Below, piece by piece: positions 51,547 to 59,987 of a stretch of 64,000 bases of DNA (the first letter of the stretch is position 1; each line of letters starts with the position of its first letter). Source of the stretch: an uncultured Clostridia bacterium (GTDB lineage Bacteria > Bacillota > Clostridia > Oscillospirales > Oscillospiraceae); assembly GCA_937894515.1 (NCBI GenBank), contig CALCRH010000259.1:4624-68623 (forward strand). The letters run 5' to 3'. The position numbers and the translations under genes were made by a program. The notes under the pieces are model-generated. The model was given only the letters and a program-made list of their open reading frames with translations, was not told where the DNA came from and did no database searches.

Positions 51547-51565
51547 ATGGGCGAGGTGAAAGACT

Positions 51566-52387
51566 ATGCGCAACCAACTGATCAAAGAAAAGCAGGATCT
51601 GACTCATCTGTCCTGGTCTATATATCGCAGCTCATCCGGAACAGCCGGTTCCTTTCTGAAAGCATATTCTGAGTTGGGTGGCAAGAAAACATACTACAAG
51701 CTTTCCAACTTCGATAAGGTCAACGGCGTGATTGGTCATGAGTGCGTCAATGAACTAATTGTAGATCGACTGATGACGATTCTTGGCATTCCGCATCTTG
51801 AGTATCAGCTGATTCATGCAGATGTGCTGGTGGATGGCAAAATCCATGATGTTTATTTGTGCGCCTCTGCGGATTTCAAAGCCCCTGGTGAAAGCAAAAC
51901 CGCATTGGATGCCTACCAGAAGGCCGAGGGAAACGCCAAGGAATCTGCTCTTGATTTTTGTATCCGCAACGGTTGGGAAGACTATATTTATCAGATGCTT
52001 GTGGTTGACTTTCTGACTTTGAATCGAGACCGTCACGGTGCGAACATTGAAGTTCTGAAGAACAGCCGCAGAAGAACCATTCGCTTAGCGCCTTTGTTTG
52101 ATCACGGGCTGTCTTTTCTCTGCCGTTCCACGCAGGAGCAGTTTGCAACCTTTGATGTAATGCAGGATTTGCCATGTAATAACTATATCGGCTCCCGGTC
52201 AGCTTGGGAGAACCTGAAGTTGATTCCCACAGAAAAACTGCCGAGGCTGAATCCGCTACAGGAAAATGACCGTGATACCATTATGGAAGGTTTAGAGGGT
52301 GTCATCCCCCAAGTGTTTCAGGACAAGATCTGGGAAATGATTTGGAAAAGATGGTGTGCTTATGAAGATTTTTGCCATTCGAGATGA
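51566..52387 (+). CDS. HipA/CtkA-like kinase (toxin candidate)
   Basis: Gly loop GTAGSFLK, YYK, NELIV, DFLTLNRDRHGANI, LAPLFDHG. Confidence 0.8.
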   Translation: MRNQLIKEKQDLTHLSWSIYRSSSGTAGSFLKAYSELGGKKTYYKLSNFDKVNGVIGHECVNELIVDRLMTILGIPHLEYQLIHADVLVDGKIHDVYLCASADFKAPGESKTALDAYQKAEGNAKESALDFCIRNGWEDYIYQMLVVDFLTLNRDRHGANIEVLKNSRRRTIRLAPLFDHGLSFLCRSTQEQFATFDVMQDLPCNNYIGSRSAWENLKLIPTEKLPRLNPLQENDRDTIMEGLEGVIPQVFQDKIWEMIWKRWCAYEDFCHSR

Positions 52388-53177
52388 ATCCGCGCAAATT
52401 CAGAAAGACCTTGCCTACCTGCTCTATTACGAGCTGGAAAAGCGTTTTTATATTGAGCTTCCAGATAACGCAGACCCTTGGGAAACCCCGCTGCTCCTGG
52501 ATTCCTTTGCCAAGCGCGGCGAAAAGACTGTAAACTCCTACTGGAGCCAGATCTGGGTCCAGCAGCGAATTATCCCAGCAGATCGGCAGAACTTAGGCCA
52601 GATCCTCCGAGATAATGGTCTGAAAGAATATGATGAATTTGAATTGCTGATGCTTGCCAAGGGCCGCTGCGCGCAGGACGATTTCTATCTTGTTCCACTA
52701 ATCGAGGCCGATCTTCCCACGGAAATTGTGAAACGGTTTGAAACCAGAATAGAAGATGTGCTGCCTCTGGATGACTATTGTCTGCTGGTATTCTTCCGGG
52801 ATGGCACAGTGAAAAAGTGTGATTTGAAAACTCACTTTGAAAAGACTGCTGCGTTCAATATTTTGTTGAAAAAGCCGGAGTATTTTGCTTCGGTGCAGAT
52901 GCTGACCGGCGGCTATGGCGTTTTCTGGGACGTAAATATGACCGTCACCGATACCATGCTTTATCGGGTCGGTAAAAAAGTGCCGCTGAGCATGTCTGAT
53001 TTCAAAAACTTCGTGGTTCAGCGGGTCATTAACGCCACAGAAGCAGCAGGGCTTTTGAACTGCTCTCGTCAGAATGTAATGGAACTAACAAAACGCGGTA
53101 AGCTACACCCTATTAAGACTTCTGAGCGAAATACCCTGTACCTGAAAAGTGAAGTGCTAAAAAGAAATTGGCAATAA
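52362..53177 (+). CDS. Multidomain antitoxin candidate: HipA-N/HipS-like + DUF2442-like + excisionase-type HTH
   Basis: QRIIP.DRQNLGQIL...YDEFELL...GR..DDFY; IEDVLPLDDY.L.VFF.DG...GGYGVFW; INATEAAGLLNCSRQNV..L.KRGKL. Confidence 0.65.
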   Translation: MKIFAIRDESAQIQKDLAYLLYYELEKRFYIELPDNADPWETPLLLDSFAKRGEKTVNSYWSQIWVQQRIIPADRQNLGQILRDNGLKEYDEFELLMLAKGRCAQDDFYLVPLIEADLPTEIVKRFETRIEDVLPLDDYCLLVFFRDGTVKKCDLKTHFEKTAAFNILLKKPEYFASVQMLTGGYGVFWDVNMTVTDTMLYRVGKKVPLSMSDFKNFVVQRVINATEAAGLLNCSRQNVMELTKRGKLHPIKTSERNTLYLKSEVLKRNWQ

Positions 53178-53230
53178 TAATCAAGACAAATCTTATTCCT
53201 TTTATCTCAAGAGAACCATTTGTAGTTACT

Positions 53231-53432
53231 TCCAAGCACGCCATAACCGGCCCCTACAAGGCCAATAAGCCGGATTAAAAAATTTTCCCCTTCTCAGTCC
53301 AGAAGGGGAAAATTTTTTGTATCATATGATGTGTGAATATGATGTGAAAAAAGCGAGAAAAAGTTTTCTAAAAATTTTTTAAAAATTTTTTTGGATTTAC
53401 CGAAAATGGGCGAAAAAGTTGCAAAAAACGCT
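53231..53432. repeat. 202-bp direct repeat, left copy
   Basis: Ungapped match to 62801-63002 (offset 9570); 7 mismatches in the 152-bp core, 11 in the first 50 bp. Confidence 0.93.
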
Positions 53433-53569
53433 GTTTTTGAAGGATGCAAAAAGGCACTTTTTTCCTCAATTATGCACGAATTAGCATACTGAAAAAAGAA
53501 GATATGCTAAGATGCTGCGAAAAATGAAAAATCCCGCATTAAAATGAAAGAACCTACCACTTCCTCCTC

Positions 53570-53598
53570 TTGACAAGATTTAATCGCCGCGATACAAT
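53570..53598 (+). promoter_or_regulatory. Sigma-A promoter of B12 operon
   Basis: TTGACA (53570-53575), 17-bp spacer, TACAAT (53593-53598). Confidence 0.75.
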
Positions 53599-53617
53599 AA
53601 ATGCGAAAAGTCAATAA

Positions 53618-53798
53618 CATCTCAAGTGCCGCAGTTCCGGTAACAGGAACTGACGGAGAATAGGGAACCGGGTGAAAGTCCCGGACGGTACCGCCACTGT
53701 AAGCGTGGAGGTTATGCACCAGAAGAAATTCAACCGCGGAGTGATCCGGAAGGTTGTGCATGACCGGTGAAGCGCAAGTCAGGAGACCTGCTTGAAAT
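53618..53798 (+). ncRNA. Cobalamin riboswitch
   Basis: AATAGGGAACCGGGTGAAAGTCCCGGACGGTACCGCCACTGTAA core, GGAAGG, B12 box AAGTCAGGAGACCTGC; P1 TCAAG/CTTGA. Confidence 0.93.
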
Positions 53799-53853
53799 GC
53801 TTGAATTGGGCATCCTTCGCGTATGGGGTGGCTGATTATTTTGTTCCACGGAT

Positions 53854-53900
53854 AAACGGCTGTGGCAGCATTTTCGCTGCACAGCCGTTTTTTTATTTTT
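53854..53900 (+). terminator. Riboswitch expression-platform terminator
   Basis: AAACGGCTGTGGCAGC-ATTTTC-GCTGCACAGCCGTTTTTTT before the first ORF. Confidence 0.8.
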
Positions 53901-53985
53901 GCTTTTCCATAGTGTGTGGCGGGGGCGGCATTCAAGCCGTGCCGCTCCCGCCGTACCTCTTTTGTGTATGCGAGGAGGATAGTTT

Positions 53986-54357
53986 ATGAGCAGTTTCAAA
54001 CAAAACTACCGCATCAAAACTAAAGTGCAGGCGGCGGCAGAACGGGAAGTGCGCCACAGAGAAAAAGAGTTTGCTGCCGCGCACGAAAAAGATACGGACG
54101 AACAACTGCTTTCATACTTGAAGCAATTTGCCGCAGAACACCCAAACCAAGCTCTTTTTAAGGTGGATGTACCCGGCGGTGATTGGATCGGGAAACGGCT
54201 TGGCGGATGGTTAATCGCATTGGAGTTGGCCGGCTTACCAAAGCCCGAGGGACAGCGCGAAGTGATAGGCTATTCACGAGAACAGCAGAAAAACAGCACG
54301 GCGGCACGGAATCGACAACGGCAGGAGTGCAGCAAACGAAAAGAGCAGGTTAAATAA
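53986..54357 (+). CDS. Small cytoplasmic protein resembling the homing-endonuclease-associated repeat
   Basis: TDEQLLSYL...I.KRLGGW..AL.LAGL pattern; GAGGAGG SD. Confidence 0.6.
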   Translation: MSSFKQNYRIKTKVQAAAEREVRHREKEFAAAHEKDTDEQLLSYLKQFAAEHPNQALFKVDVPGGDWIGKRLGGWLIALELAGLPKPEGQREVIGYSREQQKNSTAARNRQRQECSKRKEQVK

Positions 54358-54386
54358 GATTTATTATTTTTATAGGAGGAGACAAT

Positions 54387-57209
54387 ATGAAAAAGCGTAC
54401 TATCAGTATTCTATTATCGCTCTTGCTGGTCATAGGGCTGATTCCTCTGTCGGCATTTACGGTTCTTGCCGCAGAGGAGAAAAGCGTATATATAACGATC
54501 AGCGAAGACGGCCAGTTTTATTCCGACAATGATGACAAGCCGGTGGCATACAGAGAGGTATCCCTGGCTGATGTGGCATCCGTCGACCTGTCATCCTATG
54601 GCCTTGATAAATATAGCTACGATGGAGACAGTGACGGCACGGCAGATATTACCGCTCTTCATCTGTTCATCTATGTTCATGAGAACATTATGGGCGAATC
54701 CTGGGATGATGTGAGCATCAGCGGGTCTGCCGGAAGCATTTACTTTGCGGGCGGGCTTTTCGGCTTTGAAGATGAAAACCTGATGTATTATTATAACGGC
54801 GCGTATCCGGAAATTGAACCGGGCTGGGGCGCAACGGCCGATCAGATTGTTCTTTCTGACGGAGATTTTTTTGACGTAGCTCATTACAGCAGCTGGAGCT
54901 TTTATGCGGATTCTGCTGCCGGTTTCCACTATTTTGTAGACAGCAGTAATAATGTAACTCATCAATATACTGCGCAGGCGGGCGCACCGACTTCAATCAA
55001 GCTTGAACGCGCGGGCGGCGGTATGTTCGGCGATGGAGATACGGTTACATTTGAATCCGGATACCCAATAAAGTATGGCAAGAGTATTGGTACTGAGCTG
55101 GGCACAGTTACGACCGGAGAAAGTGGGTCAGCTTCCATTACGTTCGATAATGCAGGTATCTATTATGTTTGGTGTGACGGGGCGGAAGGTATAGACGCCG
55201 GCGTGGGCGATATCGTATCCTCCCCTGCCAGTGCCGCCGTAATCGTCTCGGGAGACACGGATGATTCGGAAGATAGTGCAGCGTATCAACCCATTCTGAA
55301 CAACACTTTGGCGCAGCTTGCCGTGACTGTCAGCAATCCGACTTTCGGCACCGGCGGCGGTGAATGGTCTGTGCTGTCACTGGCTCGCGGCGGATACTTC
55401 GCTATCGACGATCCGTATTTTGAGACGTACTATTCTAACGTTGAGAAAACTGTGCCCGGTTTGGCAAAAACCGCTGCCGGAAAAGGTGTGAAAGAGGGTG
55501 GACTTGACAAAAATAAGTCCACGGAAAACTCCCGCCTGATTCTGGCACTCGCCGCTATCGACAAAGACCCCACTAACGTGGGCGGCGTCAACGTACTGGG
55601 CGCTTATGATACGAACGGATTCACATGGATCAAGAAACAGGGCATCAACGGCCCGATCTTTGCCCTAATTGCATTAGACACCAGAAATTATCCGACGACC
55701 GACACGACCCTGCGTCAGCAGTGCGTGGATTTCATCCTCAGTAAGGAACTGGCAAACGGCGGCTGGGCACTTAACGGCACGGAGGCTGACCCGGATATCA
55801 CCTCTATGGCGCTGCAGGCCCTTGTGAAATACAAGGATCAGAAGGAAGTTGCCGAAGCGGCTGGCCGCGCATTTACCGCGCTTTCCAATATGCAGCAGGA
55901 TAACGGCGGTTTTGCTTCCTGGGGCAGCGTAAACTCTGAAAGTATTGCGCAGGTCATTACTGCTTGTTCCGCATGGGGCATCGACGCTGACAAAGACAGC
56001 CGTTTCGTCAAAGAAAATGGTTCTGCGCTTGACGCTTTACTCACATTCTACATTCCCGAAGGCAAGGGCTTTGCCCATGTTCTGACAAGCGGAGCCGGAT
56101 ATACCGGCGGCGAAGTAAACGGAATGGCGACCGATCAGGCTTCTTATGCACTGGTTGCCTATGATCGTTTCGTGAACGGAAAGACAGCACTCTATGATAT
56201 GAGCGATGTGGGCGGTTCTTCTGAAATCGGCGAATTGACCGCAACCTTGACACTTCCCGAAAAAGTTGAGAACAAGGCAGGTTCTGCATTCAATGCGGTT
56301 GTCAATTTAACCGGTTTTATCAAGGATTGCCGCCTTATGGATTGCATTATCAATGTCCCCGGCGGCGTAAGTGTTACTGATGTAACTATGGGCTCCCGTA
56401 TTGGCGGCGGCGTGGTATCCTATCATCTTGATTCGACTGCCGGAAAACTCCGCGTTGTTTACTGCGATCCAACGGGTGGCAAGCCGATAACGGACAGCGG
56501 TACAACTTATCCTCTGGAACTGATGACGATTGGCCTGAAACTGGACGAGACTCTTACCAATTCGCAGATTTCTCTGTCTATTTCCGGAATGAGCATGAAA
56601 AAGACATCCGATGCAACAACAGGACAGACTGTTGTAGACACTACCAACGCTACAGCAAGTACCACTCTTGCCACGGGAAGTTCCTATACCGTTATGGAAC
56701 TATATACTGGTGATGATGTAGATTTGATCCCTTCTACGAAAAAAGCAATCGCCATCGCTGTAACCGGCATTGATGACGGAGTTCAAATGACTTATGAAGA
56801 TGAGACTGGTACGGTAACGCTCTACTATAACAAGGCTGTTTCGGAAAAGACAAAGATTCCTACCTATATCGCTATGGTTGACTCGACCAGAGACTTGACC
56901 GGATTTGTCAATGGAGATAACTATTCCGTTGGAGCCGGCAACGCTACTGATACGCTGACTTTCGGTGATACAGATAACAATGGCGTAATCAACGCGCAGG
57001 ATGCATTGAACGATGTCAATCTGTGGCTTCGGCAGAAAGAGATCAAGACAGACAAGGATATTCTCGCGGCTAACGTTACCGGGGACAGCAGAATCAATAC
57101 CTGCGATGTACTGGGCCTGATTGAGAATTTCGTTGATGGCAGTGATTTCGCTGTTGTCAATCTGGCAGCTACGGCTGTTCCGGCAGCTCCAGAGAGTACC
57201 GCCACTTAA
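54387..57209 (+). CDS. Secreted modular cobalamin-binding candidate: beta-grasp-like domain + alpha6/alpha6 barrel + cohesin + C-terminal dockerin
   Basis: Signal peptide; LMYYYNGAYP..GATADQIVLSDGD; barrel repeats (NGGWA, DPDITSMALQAL, QQDNGGF, NSESIAQVI, MATDQA); duplicated Ca-loops GDTDNNGVINAQD / ANVTGDSRINTCD. Confidence 0.75.
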   Translation: MKKRTISILLSLLLVIGLIPLSAFTVLAAEEKSVYITISEDGQFYSDNDDKPVAYREVSLADVASVDLSSYGLDKYSYDGDSDGTADITALHLFIYVHENIMGESWDDVSISGSAGSIYFAGGLFGFEDENLMYYYNGAYPEIEPGWGATADQIVLSDGDFFDVAHYSSWSFYADSAAGFHYFVDSSNNVTHQYTAQAGAPTSIKLERAGGGMFGDGDTVTFESGYPIKYGKSIGTELGTVTTGESGSASITFDNAGIYYVWCDGAEGIDAGVGDIVSSPASAAVIVSGDTDDSEDSAAYQPILNNTLAQLAVTVSNPTFGTGGGEWSVLSLARGGYFAIDDPYFETYYSNVEKTVPGLAKTAAGKGVKEGGLDKNKSTENSRLILALAAIDKDPTNVGGVNVLGAYDTNGFTWIKKQGINGPIFALIALDTRNYPTTDTTLRQQCVDFILSKELANGGWALNGTEADPDITSMALQALVKYKDQKEVAEAAGRAFTALSNMQQDNGGFASWGSVNSESIAQVITACSAWGIDADKDSRFVKENGSALDALLTFYIPEGKGFAHVLTSGAGYTGGEVNGMATDQASYALVAYDRFVNGKTALYDMSDVGGSSEIGELTATLTLPEKVENKAGSAFNAVVNLTGFIKDCRLMDCIINVPGGVSVTDVTMGSRIGGGVVSYHLDSTAGKLRVVYCDPTGGKPITDSGTTYPLELMTIGLKLDETLTNSQISLSISGMSMKKTSDATTGQTVVDTTNATASTTLATGSSYTVMELYTGDDVDLIPSTKKAIAIAVTGIDDGVQMTYEDETGTVTLYYNKAVSEKTKIPTYIAMVDSTRDLTGFVNGDNYSVGAGNATDTLTFGDTDNNGVINAQDALNDVNLWLRQKEIKTDKDILAANVTGDSRINTCDVLGLIENFVDGSDFAVVNLAATAVPAAPESTAT

Positions 57210-57214
57210 ACATT

Positions 57215-57853
57215 ATGAAAAAAGTAATTATTAGTTGGATGAAATCCCTGAAAGAGAAAAAGTTGGTTCTACCGATTGCCCTGATTCTCGCTGCTATGAT
57301 CATCGGCCTTGTCTTGTTCCTGATTTTGTGGAACAGAGGAGCAAGTGCTTTGACTCCTGCGGTAACTATCGAAACACCGGATAAAATGGCAGCAAACGAT
57401 CATGAACCGTTTTCGTTGGAATTACAGCTTTCCACCCTGAAAAAAGAACGATACCCCGCGGCAAGCTTCAGCATCAGTTTCGACCCCGCCAAATTGGAAT
57501 TTTTGGGCATTGGAGAAGGAAACGTTTTGATCAACAACAGTGAAAGCTCCTCCGGAACAGCTCTGCCGGCGTGGAGCGTGAATGTGGGGCAATCCAACGA
57601 AGTCGGCGTTATCAATATTCTGTATCTTGACATGACTGGAGGACGGTACGCGTTTTCCAAGGAACTTTTGCAGGAAAAAGACAATGTCATTCTCCTGCTG
57701 AATTTCCGTCTGCGTGGCAGCGTCAGAAAGGGAGATATTTTGGAGCTGAGTCTTGATGATGCGGTTTTTGCGGCAACAGACGAAACAAAGAGCCTTGCCA
57801 GCATTTCCGGCACCTTGAAAACCGCAAACGGTCGAATCGTCATTGGAGGATAA
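57215..57853 (+). CDS. Membrane-anchored cohesin-domain protein
   Basis: Single N-terminal TM; AASFSISFDPAKLEF, INILYLD, LLLNFRL, LSLDDAVF cohesin pattern. Confidence 0.7.
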   Translation: MKKVIISWMKSLKEKKLVLPIALILAAMIIGLVLFLILWNRGASALTPAVTIETPDKMAANDHEPFSLELQLSTLKKERYPAASFSISFDPAKLEFLGIGEGNVLINNSESSSGTALPAWSVNVGQSNEVGVINILYLDMTGGRYAFSKELLQEKDNVILLLNFRLRGSVRKGDILELSLDDAVFAATDETKSLASISGTLKTANGRIVIGG

Positions 57854-57855
57854 AT

Positions 57856-59082
57856 ATGAAACGAATCACTTGCTTTTTCCTTGCTGCCTTTCTAAGCCTG
57901 ACGATGCTTTGCGGTTGTAGCCTTGACATTACGCCGCGTTCTCTTGAGCAAAGCATGGAGATACCGGATGACGGCATCATTACGGCCAGGGTTTTGGAAG
58001 AGCTGAAAAAAGACAACGGGGTCATTACATTTTGCGGCCAAAGCGGCGATGTGATTTACGAATGGACGGTGTTCGGCAGTGACATTGAGACACCGAAAGA
58101 TACCAACCTGAAACTGGAAGTAACAGAGAATATGGAAAGCAGGCTGGCATTCCGGCTTTGTACAGAGGAAGATTTCAGCTTTGCTCCGGTGCTTTCTCTG
58201 CACGCCACACAGCTTTGGAACGCGGACAGCGCTGTCGTATACCGTGGCAACGGCGAAACGCAGGATGCCATTTGCTCAGCATCTGTTACGGGAAGCAAGA
58301 CCTCTGTCCTGAATTTTACCCTGTCGCAAGCCGGCTCGTTTACGGTAGTGGCCGAAGAAACTTCGCAGGGCGAGGAACCGGTTTCTGCAACGACAGAGAA
58401 TACATCTCAGGCTGAGAAAGCAACGACAGAGAGTACATCTCAGACTGAGAAGGCAACGACCGGAACAACAGAGAAAAAGATGCAGACAACGGATGCGCCA
58501 AAGAAAACCACGGAGGTAGATCCCTACCTCTCCGAATCAAAGAGCGGCGGGGGGCGCGTTTTATCTGATGGCAAGCAGACCGGACAAGACCGGTATCTGA
58601 CAGATCCTGTCCCTCAGGGAAAACCGATGCCGGTGGAACCGGAGGATCAAACGATAGATCAAGGAAGAAGCTACACCTGCACGTTTTCTATTGAGTGCGC
58701 CACAATTCTAAATAATCTGGACGATCTTAATACAGATAAACTGGATGCTGTTCCCAGCAATGGTGTGATCCTCCCAAAAACAACCGTAACGTTCTACGAG
58801 GGTGAATCCGTTTATGATGTGCTGCAGCGGGTGTGCAGAGAAAATAACATACATATGGAGGCATCATGGACACCGATCTACAACAGCGCCTATGTGGAGG
58901 GTATCCACAACCTCTATGAGTTCGACTGCGGCACCGGTTCAGGCTGGATGTACCGCGTCAACGGTTGGTATCCCAACTACGGCTGTTCCCGTTATCAGCT
59001 GGCACAGGGCGACAATGTGGAATGGCGGTACACCTGTGATCTGGGTGCAGACATTGGCGGCGGCTATGCCATTGGCGGGTGA
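57856..59082 (+). CDS. DUF4430 (transcobalamin C-terminal-like) lipoprotein
   Basis: Lipobox MLCGC; Thr-rich linker; GESVYDVL, YVEGIHNLYEFDCG..SGWMYRVNG.YPNYGC..Y.L..GD.VEWRYT. Confidence 0.85.
   Translation: MKRITCFFLAAFLSLTMLCGCSLDITPRSLEQSMEIPDDGIITARVLEELKKDNGVITFCGQSGDVIYEWTVFGSDIETPKDTNLKLEVTENMESRLAFRLCTEEDFSFAPVLSLHATQLWNADSAVVYRGNGETQDAICSASVTGSKTSVLNFTLSQAGSFTVVAEETSQGEEPVSATTENTSQAEKATTESTSQTEKATTGTTEKKMQTTDAPKKTTEVDPYLSESKSGGGRVLSDGKQTGQDRYLTDPVPQGKPMPVEPEDQTIDQGRSYTCTFSIECATILNNLDDLNTDKLDAVPSNGVILPKTTVTFYEGESVYDVLQRVCRENNIHMEASWTPIYNSAYVEGIHNLYEFDCGTGSGWMYRVNGWYPNYGCSRYQLAQGDNVEWRYTCDLGADIGGGYAIGG
58387..58460 (+). repeat. 33-bp in-frame tandem repeat (about 2.2 copies)
   Basis: GCAACGACAGAGAaTACATCTCAGgCTGAGAAa x2, encoding ATTENTSQAEK / ATTESTSQTEK. 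Confidence 0.85.
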
Positions 59083-59987
59083 AAAAGACGATGCAGAATA
59101 AAGACGCCTTTGGCAGTTATCATCCGTTGGTCAATTTTCTCTATTTTGGGATTCTACTGACCTTTTCCATGCTGTCTATGCAGCCGGTATGTCTGCTGAT
59201 ATCGGCTGTATGTGCAGCGCTATACTATATCACGCTGAAAGGAGCAAAAGCGGTAAGGCTTTTGCTCCGCGGCGTTATTCCGGTGTTTTTGCTGACTGTT
59301 ATCATCAATCCGGCGTTTTCCCATGGCGGAGAAACGACCTTGTGTTATTTTCCCAACGGAAATCCGCTGACGCTGGAAAGCATCCTTTACGGCTTGGCTG
59401 CGGCCCTGATGCTCTCCGGTATTTTGCTTTGGTTTGCCTGTTTTTCCGAAGTCGTCACATCAGATAAATTTGTCTATCTGTTTGGGCGTATCATACCGGC
59501 ACTTTCCCTGCTCCTCTCTATGACGCTGCGATTTATACCGCGATTTATCGCGCAGTTTGATACCGTGAAAGAGGTTCAGAAAATGATGGGGCGGGATACA
59601 GCGGATGGCAAACTTCCGGCGCGGATCAAAAACGCGGTTGCCTGCTTTTCCATTGTTGTCACATGGAGTATGGAAAACGCCATTGAAACGGCAGACAGCA
59701 TGAAGGCCAGAGGCTACGGCAGTAAAAAGAGAACAGCTTATTCGATTTATCGCTGGGAGGACAGAGATTTGACCGCCTTATTGTTCCTCCTGTTTTGCGG
59801 GTTATTCCTGCTATCCGGTGGGCTGGCCGGAAAGCTGTTCTGGCGGTATTATCCCAATATTCGCGGGCTGCTTACCGATCCGATCACGCTTTTGCTGGAG
59901 CTTACCTTTTTGGCACTGTGTGTGATGCCGGTCTATCTTGAGAGAAAGGAGAGACGCACATGGAATTATTTTCGATCAAGCATCTGA
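59079..59987 (+). CDS. ECF transporter T component
   Basis: HPLVNFLYF, MTLRFIP, ADSMKARGYG. Confidence 0.9.
   Translation: MKKTMQNKDAFGSYHPLVNFLYFGILLTFSMLSMQPVCLLISAVCAALYYITLKGAKAVRLLLRGVIPVFLLTVIINPAFSHGGETTLCYFPNGNPLTLESILYGLAAALMLSGILLWFACFSEVVTSDKFVYLFGRIIPALSLLLSMTLRFIPRFIAQFDTVKEVQKMMGRDTADGKLPARIKNAVACFSIVVTWSMENAIETADSMKARGYGSKKRTAYSIYRWEDRDLTALLFLLFCGLFLLSGGLAGKLFWRYYPNIRGLLTDPITLLLELTFLALCVMPVYLERKERRTWNYFRSSI

Noticed and set aside
55290..56200. Squalene/terpene cyclase
   Set aside because: Secreted, B12-regulated, single barrel and no clear catalytic DxDD motif.
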